DNA of 64,000 nt from Octopus sinensis (lineage: Eukaryota). The stretch covers positions 11,408,001 through 11,472,000 of the forward strand of contig NC_043025.1 in assembly GCF_006345805.1 (NCBI RefSeq), written 5' to 3'. A program made the position numbers and the translations under genes. The notes under the pieces are model-generated. The model searched no databases. It was given only the letters and a program-made list of their open reading frames with translations, and had not been told where the DNA came from. Every line of letters starts with the position of its first letter. The first letter of the stretch is position 1. Shown here piece by piece: positions 54,968 through 64,000 of this stretch.

Positions 54968-57165
54968 TATTAAGTAACCAAACCCTATTTTTGAAGTTAG
55001 TCAGTTTGTATACATCATCGTCATCATTTAATGCCCAGTTTCCACACTAGTATGGGTTGGAAGATTTGACAGGAGCTGGCAAGCTGGAGAGCTTCCCCCC
55101 ACATTCCAATGGTCTCGTTTGGCAAGGTTTCTATGGCTGGATGCCCTTCCTAATGTCCTTTCATGGGTACTGATAAAGATCAAACATACACTGCTGTAGA
55201 AACCTATTAGTTTGAACCTGTATCTGTTAAATAAGATCATCTTTGTTTTTCTTCATTTAATTTTCAGCTTATACATGCCACATGTGTGCATACTGCATAC
55301 ATGTGGCAGATTAGGACATATTTTAAGAATTTTAACTGGATTATCATCATCATCGTTTAACGTCCGCTTTCCATGCTGGCATGGGTTGGACGTATGACTG
55401 AGGACTGGTGAACCAGATGGCTGCACCAGGCTCCAATCTTGATCTGGCAGAGTCTCTACAGCTGGATGCCCTTCCTAACGCCAACCACTCCAAGAGTGTA
55501 GTGGGTGCTTTCACATGCCACCGGCACAGTCAGGCGGCACTGGCAACGACCTCGCTCGAATCTTTTACACATGCCACCGGCGCGGGTGCCAGTAAAGCAA
55601 TGCTGGTAACGATCCCGCTCGAATGGTGATTTTTACATGCCACCGGCATGGAGGCCAGATGGTGCCTTTTAAGTGCCACTGACATGGAAGCTGGTTAGCC
55701 GCTATAGCAAACTAATCCTTCTGTAGAAGATCATTTGTGCTCAGCTGCATAAAATTATCTTCTTTACTTTTCTTCATTTAATTTCTATCTTATAAGTTGG
55801 ATATATTTTAAGAATATTAAGTGGATTAATAAATATCAAACCAATCCTACTTTAGAACTGCATTAATTTGTACCTGTATCAGTTAATTTCCAACCTATAA
55901 ACATTATACTGTGTACATGATATATATGATGTATTCTAAGAATTTTAAGTGGATTAATAAATATATGAAGCAGACCCTACTTTAGAAATGTAATAATTTG
56001 AATCTGTTAAATACAATTTAGCTCTTTACATTTCATAGATTATCTTTCTAGTGTATAAAGACTGGAAAACCCATTAATCTGTGACAATTCTGGCCCCAAA
56101 CCTGCCAGGTAATTGGTCTGGTACTGTACTACTACAGTATAGTAGAAGTAGGAGTTGTAATAATAATAGTGGTGGTAGTAGCAAGTTCTGAGCTTGATCA
56201 AGACACTTAACTCCACATGCCAAACACCTCATGCCTCTTTCTGAGTTTCTTGTTTACTGTACCCTACCCCGCACCTAGATCAATCCCTGAATCAGACAAA
56301 CCCTAGAATAAGAAAGACACTCCAGGCACACCCATCTATACCTAGGGCTACGTTATAAAATGCAACATTTTTTTTTTTCTTAAAGACAGTAAGGTGTAAT
56401 TTGAGGGAGACTTGGCTGCTGCTTTTAGCAGGTTTTAGTGACTGCATAGAGGACCCCTCATTAGTAGATACAAAAGCTGCAGTTGTTGTTGTTGTTGTTG
56501 TAGCAGTAAAATATCCACATGGCAGTGAAGTTTACCATTCTGTCTTGTAGAGCTGTGCTTCTGTCTCTCGTTTTTTTAGCATTGTGTATGTATGTATGTA
56601 CGTGTATAGATACATACATACAGATATATATATCATACATATCATATATATATATTATATAATATAAATGTATGTATACATATACAAATATTTGTGTATA
56701 GATATGGGCATGTGAGCAATCACACGTTATTTCGGCTGTTAATATACATAAATGTATATATATATGTGTGTGTGTGTGTGTGTGCATGTATATATGTATG
56801 TATAAAAATACACACATACATATATATGTATGTATGTATCATATTCTATACTCTTATTATCTGCATGTCAATCACTCTATATAAACCATACCATTTGTTT
56901 ACACGACCCCCTCACATGTGTCCCTCACCACTGTACCCCTAGCTGCCACATGAATAAGGGCTTCATACTCCACCCTCTTCTCTCTGCACCAGTAGCTGTC
57001 AGAATGTAGAAAACCCTCAGTGGGGTGTTGATAATATATACACAGAATATATTGATATGTGAATGATGTATATACACCTGTCTGTGTGTATTTAATATGT
57101 TGAGGTATATGTATACATATGTGTGCACAGATGTTTTTAGAGGCATATATATATATGTGAGTATG

Positions 57166-57203
<38 letters not shown>

Positions 57204-57605
57204 ATTTCTTTTTGGAACATTGGATCTCAAAGCAAATTACATAAAGCTATAAATAGTAGAATGTAAAAAAGGAGCTGAAAAACCCTTTTGGAAAGAAAAA
57301 TCAAATGCTACTTGCAGGGCTTGAACCCACGATTCCTGTAGAAATGATACCCTTTGCGTTTTTCTATCCAATATGTACATGTTCTCTATAGCTTTATGTG
57401 ATGTGCTTCAAGATTCACTATTCCAAAAGGAGAGTTATTTCATGTTCTCTTGCAAGCTTACAAAATTCTTATGCCATGAATAATATATATATATATGTAT
57501 ATATATGTATATATGTGTATATATGTATATATATATATATATGTGTATATATGTATATATATATATATATGTATATATATGTATATATGTATATATATGT
57601 GTGTA

Positions 57606-57654
<49 letters not shown>

Positions 57655-57675
57655 ATATGTATATATATGTGTGTA

Positions 57676-57747
<72 letters not shown>

Positions 57748-57869
57748 AAAATGAGATGATACAGGAACATCATTGGCTTATAACTGTTTCTGCTATAAGA
57801 TGTTGGTGGACTCATTGCTGAGTGTCTGAGTAACACCTTAAAGCTTCATCAGAACCTTAAACATGAAGT

Positions 57870-57913
<44 letters not shown>

Positions 57914-58121
57914 CCTCTGTGTGTGTGTGTGTGTGTGTGTATGTGTGCACATATATGTTTGAGTGTATGTATATATCTACACCTGCATCACAGGTGTAGA
58001 ATGCTGACTTGACCCAACACCGAAAGCCATAATCACATCCATCGATAACGACTGAAACACAAAACTTACTGTTTGCCGAGCTGGACAAATACTCTGGATC
58101 ACACGAAACATGTTGGCAAGA

Positions 58122-58160
<39 letters not shown>

Positions 58161-58368
58161 AGAGCTGTTTTGTTACACTAAGCTAGCAGAAAGACATGGA
58201 TGTTTACCACAGCTTCACATAGTTCACAGTTAATTTCACAAAGAGAAAAATATTTAGTTATCAAGAAGCCAAAAAGGTTTGTTAGCTGCCATCTGGTCTT
58301 CTACATAATTGTTGTAGTAGTAGTAGTAGTAATAGTAGTAGTAGTGGTGATGGAGGCGGCGGTGGTGG

Positions 58369-58399
<31 letters not shown>

Positions 58400-60109
58400 T
58401 TCAAATTTTTGCCACAAGGGCAGCTTGTGGGGGGAGGTAGGGATGAGTCGATTACTTTGACCCCAGTGTTCAACTGGTACTTAATTTATTGACCCGGAAA
58501 GGATGAAAGGCAAAGTCGACCTCGGTGGAATTTGAACTCAGAACGTAGCGATGGGTGAAAAACTGCTAAGCATTCTGCCCAGCATGCTAACAATTCTGCC
58601 AGCTCACTGCTTTAAGAATAATAATAATAATAATAATAATAATTTTCAAAATGGACTCAACACGGGTGGTGAAATAAGGTTAGTTGATAAAAATGACCCC
58701 AGTCCCTCACCCAGGAAGTTAGAAAATACCTTGGCAAGATTTGAAAGCAAAGGTACTTAAAAATACAAAAAGGGGTACATTGACCAACAGTTTCCTAAAT
58801 AAGCACAGGGGACTCACATTTCTACGGGTGGAGTGGTGCGTGGCAGCAGATGAAACACACTGGTATATTTCTTTTTATCTTGTGACTGTGGCCATGCTGG
58901 GGCATCACCTTGAAAAGTTTTCGTTAAGCAAATCAAACCCCTGTATTGATTATTTCTTTAGAAGACCGGTACTTATCCCTCTGGTGGTCTGTTTTATACT
59001 AACTGCAATGGTTACAGACACATAGAAAAAAAAAAAACTCCTAGTGGTGGGCTCTGATAGTATAAGAGAGGGAGGGGGGGGGAGAAAATTACCAAATGTG
59101 TTGCATCATGGGATTGAAACCCTAGCCCTGATGACAACTTTGGTGATAGTCATGATTGGAACCCAGCACCCTATCCCCATGTGTCCTTTCTTCACAGCCA
59201 CAAAAAAAAAAAAAAAAATTATTAACACAAATATATACATGTGACTATATGTAAATAAATATATATGTATATACATATATGTGTGTAAATATATATACAG
59301 ACATACATTTATATATATTATATGTATACACACATATACATTCATATATGAATATGTCTATTTATTGAGATTCAAGTTCCAAATATATATATATATATCA
59401 AGTGATCATGTGACCAACCAGACCATCGGATGTTGTTACACATCACTGGTCACAATGCGCTTCGCATTGTTTTAGCCTTTGAATGTCGCTGGCTAAGCGA
59501 GCAGGCCAACAGAAGAAAGAGTGGTGAAAGAGTACTGTGTCCTTCCTTGTTGTTTAGCCCCAGGACAGTCCTGATCCAGTCAGACCCACGATCAAAGACA
59601 TTCCAGCTGTGACCATCCTGTCTTTTATTCAGACATAGTGTATCTAGGACTACATTATCTAATGTGTCCTTCCTTGTTGTTTAGCCCCAGGTCAGTCCTG
59701 ATCCAGCAGCCTATGACATTCCAAATGTAACCATCATGTTTTCCGTTTAGATATAAATGCACCAAGGACTACATAATTCAATGTGTCCTGGGTTTTTTTT
59801 CCCCCCGTGAGTGGAGTATGAGTTGAAAGATCTGGTTGTTATTTCTAGCAGGTCCAGTGACCATGAAGATGTCACCTACGAGTGGAGTTACCATCGACAT
59901 CTTGCTATGAACCCTTCCGACAGGGTTAAGTGGTGACGGTCATGGTAGTGCTTCAACTGATGTCTCTTTGCCATTCAACTGTGTGCTTAGGGACAGGAAA
60001 AGGGATAGAAGGGGACAAACTTTCTATTGCCTCCCACCCCCTACCCCCAATAGCCCCCTACATCATCTTTTAGAGAGTGTTCTTCAAACTTCTAAGTACC
60101 AGCCTCTCA

Positions 60110-60131
60110 ACTATATATAAATATATATATA

Positions 60132-60164
<33 letters not shown>

Positions 60165-60830
60165 GTGTGTATATATATATATATATTATTGTGTATATAT
60201 TATATATATATATATATATGTGTTATATATATATATATATATATATGTGATATATATATGTATATATATATATGTATATATATATGTGTATATATATAAT
60301 GTGTATAGATATATATATGTAATATATATGTGTATATATATATGTGTATAATATATGTGTATATAATATAATATGGTATGTGTATATATATATGGTTATA
60401 TCTATATATGTGTATATATATGTGTGTATATATATATGTGTAATATATGTGTAATATATATGTGTATATATATGTGTATATATATGTATATATATGTATA
60501 TATATAGTTATATATATATTGTATATATATGTATATATATATGTGTATATATATGTGTATATATGTGTATATATATGTATTATAATGTGTATATATATGT
60601 ATGTATATATATATGTATATATAGGTGTGTATATAATATATGTATATGTATATATATGTGTGTATATATATATATGTGTGTATATATATATATGTATATG
60701 TATATATATGTGTGTGTATATATATATATGTATATATGTATATATATGTGTGTATAATATATATGTGTGTATATATATATATATGTATATATATGTGTGT
60801 ATATATATGTATATATATATACACACACAA
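60110..60830. repeat. Long (TA/TG)n microsatellite
   Basis: Direct reading; similar tracts at ~715..1000, 23550..23695, 42820..43115, 57480..57745, 62540..63050, 63780..64000. Confidence 0.9.
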
Positions 60831-60989
60831 ACAGTTGTGGGTGGTCCCACAACCATCACAACACATTGTATGACTTAAGAACTGTGAATCAGTCATGTGA
60901 CTTCCAACCAATGAATGAGCCAGTCACATGACCTCTAAGAACGGTCAGTCATGTGACAGCTGTTTAGGAAATCATAAAAGGAAACATTC

Positions 60990-62030
60990 CCTCAAAAGTT
61001 TCGGAATATTCCTTAGATATTTTCCCAAACAGTTCTTCAAATAATTTTTGGTAGTTTAAACATTGTCGGAAACTCTGCTGGAACACTGTTTAAACACTTT
61101 GAGAACACCACTGTTTAAAAACTCTCTGAAGACCAGCAGAACACCACTGCCAAAATAAACACTGCTTGAACACTGTGAGAGCACCACCATTTAAACATAG
61201 TCTGAAGACAAGCAGTTCATTGTTTAAATATTGGCAGGATATCACAACTTAGACACTGTTTAAGCACTGGAAACACCACTGTTTAAACACTGTCTAAGCA
61301 CTGTCAGAAGATCACTAGAACACTGTGAGAGCACCACCATTTAAACTTTGTCTGAAGACAAGCAGTTCATTGTTTAAATATTGGTAGGATATCAAACTTA
61401 AACACTGTTTAAGCACTGGAAACACCACTGTTTAAACACTGTCAGAAGATCACTAGAACACTGCGAGAGCACCACCATTTAAACACTGCTAGAAGATCAC
61501 CTGAACACAGTGAGAACAACACTGTTTTAACACTACCTGAGCACTGCCAGAAGACCATCAGAACATTGCCAGAACAGTTAAAACATTGTTGGAACGCTGT
61601 TTAAACTCTGAGAACACTACCATTTAAACACTGCTAGAAGATCACCTGAACACTGTTAGACATGGTGAGAACAACACTGTTTTAACACTATCTGAGCACT
61701 GCTGGAATGCTATTTAAATACTGAGAACACTACCATTTAAACATTGCTAGAAAATTACCTGAACATTGTGAGAACACCACTATTTAAACACTGTCTGAGC
61801 TTTGCTAGAAGACCATCAGAACACTTCTGGAACACTGCGAAAGCATTGCCTGAACACTGTTTAAACACTGTGTATAGTTAAAAGAATATATGGATACTGC
61901 TTAAACATGTTGAGAATACTACAATTTAAACAGTGTCTGAAGACCACCAGAACACTGTTTAAATACTGCCTGAATACCACTGCCGAAATAAACACTGTTT
62001 AAACACTGTCAGAAGGCCACCGGAACAGTG
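60990..62030. repeat. Degenerate AACACTG/TTTAAACACTG satellite
   Basis: Dozens of motif copies; ~150-bp direct repeat at 61168 and 61318. Confidence 0.7.
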
Positions 62031-62032
62031 TG

Positions 62033-62081
<49 letters not shown>

Positions 62082-62099
62082 AATATATACATATATGCT

Positions 62100-62147
<48 letters not shown>

Positions 62148-62849
62148 ATATATACATATATGCTTGTGTGTGTAATATAATATATTATATATACACACAT
62201 ACATAGATATACATATTTCTATGTAGGACGGTGGAAAGATTAGAATATTAATAATAATAATAATCCTTTCTACTATAGGCCTGAAATTTGGTGGAGGTGG
62301 GGGCCAGTCAATTACCTTGACCCCAGTGTGTAACTGGTACTTAATTTATTGACCCCAAAAGGATGAAAGGCAAAGTTGACCACAGAATGTAACCACTAAT
62401 GAAATACTGCTAAGAATTTCACCTGGTGTGCTAATGTATCTGCCCTAATAATAATAATAATAATGAAGCAAAAAGCTGAAATAACTTCAACATAAACAAA
62501 CAAACACACACCTATACATATAAATACATATTCACCCACATACACTTGTGTGTGTATACATACATACGTACACACACACACATATACACATATATATATA
62601 GATACACATATATATATATATACATATATATATACACATATATATATATATACATATATAATATACACATATATATACACATATATATATACATATATTA
62701 TACATATATATATATAACACCATATATATATACACACATATATAGATAACACATATACATATATATATAACATATATATACACATATATATAATACACAT
62801 ATATATATATACACATATATATATACAACATATATATATATACATATAC

Positions 62850-62882
<33 letters not shown>

Positions 62883-63015
62883 ATATACATACATATATAT
62901 ATATATAATACATATATATACGATGATGATATATAATATATATATATATACACACATATATATACATATACATATATATATTATATATATATATACATAT
63001 ATATATACGATGATG

Positions 63016-63050
<35 letters not shown>

Positions 63051-63469
63051 AAATGTTCGACACCCACCAAGTGTGTGGTGTGTATTCATGTGGAATGAAA
63101 TTTCGGACACTGAGGCCAATGGGCAAGCAGCAAGGTATACCATCACCACCACCACCATCAACACCATCATCATCATCTTCACCCCCATCAATAGCTGCCA
63201 TCAAAATTCCATGCCCTTCAAAGCTCGAACCCCACCCCACTTGACCCCCAATCAACAACAGTAACCAGACCTGTTCCCCCACCCCCTCGCTCCGCCCCTG
63301 CCCCTCCCCTCCAACCGAATACCCCCTGCCGTTCTCTGCTCACTGCAACTCAACATCACCATCACCACCACCATCACCATCATCACTTGGCACAACAACA
63401 ACAACTACTGCTACTACTACTACAGTAAACTCCTAGCCCACCATGACTACCACCTCCGACACTGTGTCT

Positions 63470-63675
63470 TTAAGCTGGCGGGACGGGCGGTGTTGGTCGG
63501 TAGATGAACTTTCCCCGCAGGATGCGATTCCTCAGTTCGCTAAACAGGAGCTGCTTCTCCTTCTTGACCTTCTTTAAGATCCCTCGGTTCTCCTGGGCCC
63601 TTCGCGACAGGTAAGGGATCACATCTTCCACGGGACCGTAGGGCACGTATTTGTAGACAGAGTAGCCAGCTTGAC
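63470..63675 (-). CDS. PRODH: Proline dehydrogenase, last coding exon: [68 protein letters not shown]
   Basis: [18 protein letters not shown] is the PRODH C-terminal signature; acceptor ctccacag at 63676..63678 (- strand), TAA at 63470..63472. Confidence 0.95.
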
Positions 63676-64000
63676 CTGTGGAGGAGGACAGAGAAATGGA
63701 GATTATATGAGAGAGAGAGAGAGTGAGTGTGCATTTGTGAAAGGGGCAGAGATAGATGGTCAGAGAGACAAACATAGATGGATAGTGATAGAGAGGGATG
63801 GGTGAATAAATAGATGCATAGAGAGATGGATGGATGGACAGATAGAGATATAGAGGGAGGGAGGGAGGGAGGGATGGATGGATGGATAGAGATATAGAGA
63901 GATGGATGGATAGATAGAGATATAATAGAGAGAAGGATAGATGGATAGATAGAGAGAGATGGATAGATAGAGAGAGATGGATAGATAGATAGAGATAGAG

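Noticed and set aside
58125-58158. (A)34 run as a retrocopy tail
   Set aside because: No TSD, upstream poly(A) signal or recognisable parent found

Overview
Eukaryotic, intron-rich, repeat-dense DNA. The SINE/LINE content and microsatellite style look like an octopus or other cephalopod genome (inference, not a database result). Two convergent genes: (1) the 3' ~1,025 codons of the meiotic helicase HFM1/MER3 on +, rebuilt by hand as 23 GT-AG exons with consistent phases (210..51385; the 5' part lies upstream of the window); (2) the last coding exon of proline dehydrogenase (PRODH/slgA) on - (63470..63675). Almost all other ORFs in the supplied track are microsatellite or transposon artefacts. 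Introns hold four tRNA-derived SINE families, 3' ends of RTE- and CR1-type LINEs, hAT/piggyBac/mariner MITEs, Helentron-like elements, and many tandem arrays whose units are transposon pieces. Best leads: (a) a minimal type-I hammerhead ribozyme with an intact core on the sense strand of an HFM1 intron (25621..25705), part of a family of (TA)n-flanked Penelope/retrozyme-like elements with palindromic stem III; (b) a near-intact tRNA-Glu(TTC) joined to an RTE 3' tail, the layout of a nascent SINE; (c) an apparently perfect 280-bp inverted repeat carrying canonical heat-shock elements; (d) duplicated decoy splice acceptors and very long AG-free zones; (e) a templated insertion between introns. 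No CRISPR, rRNA or prokaryotic features. Exon coordinates were counted by hand; repeat boundaries are approximate.
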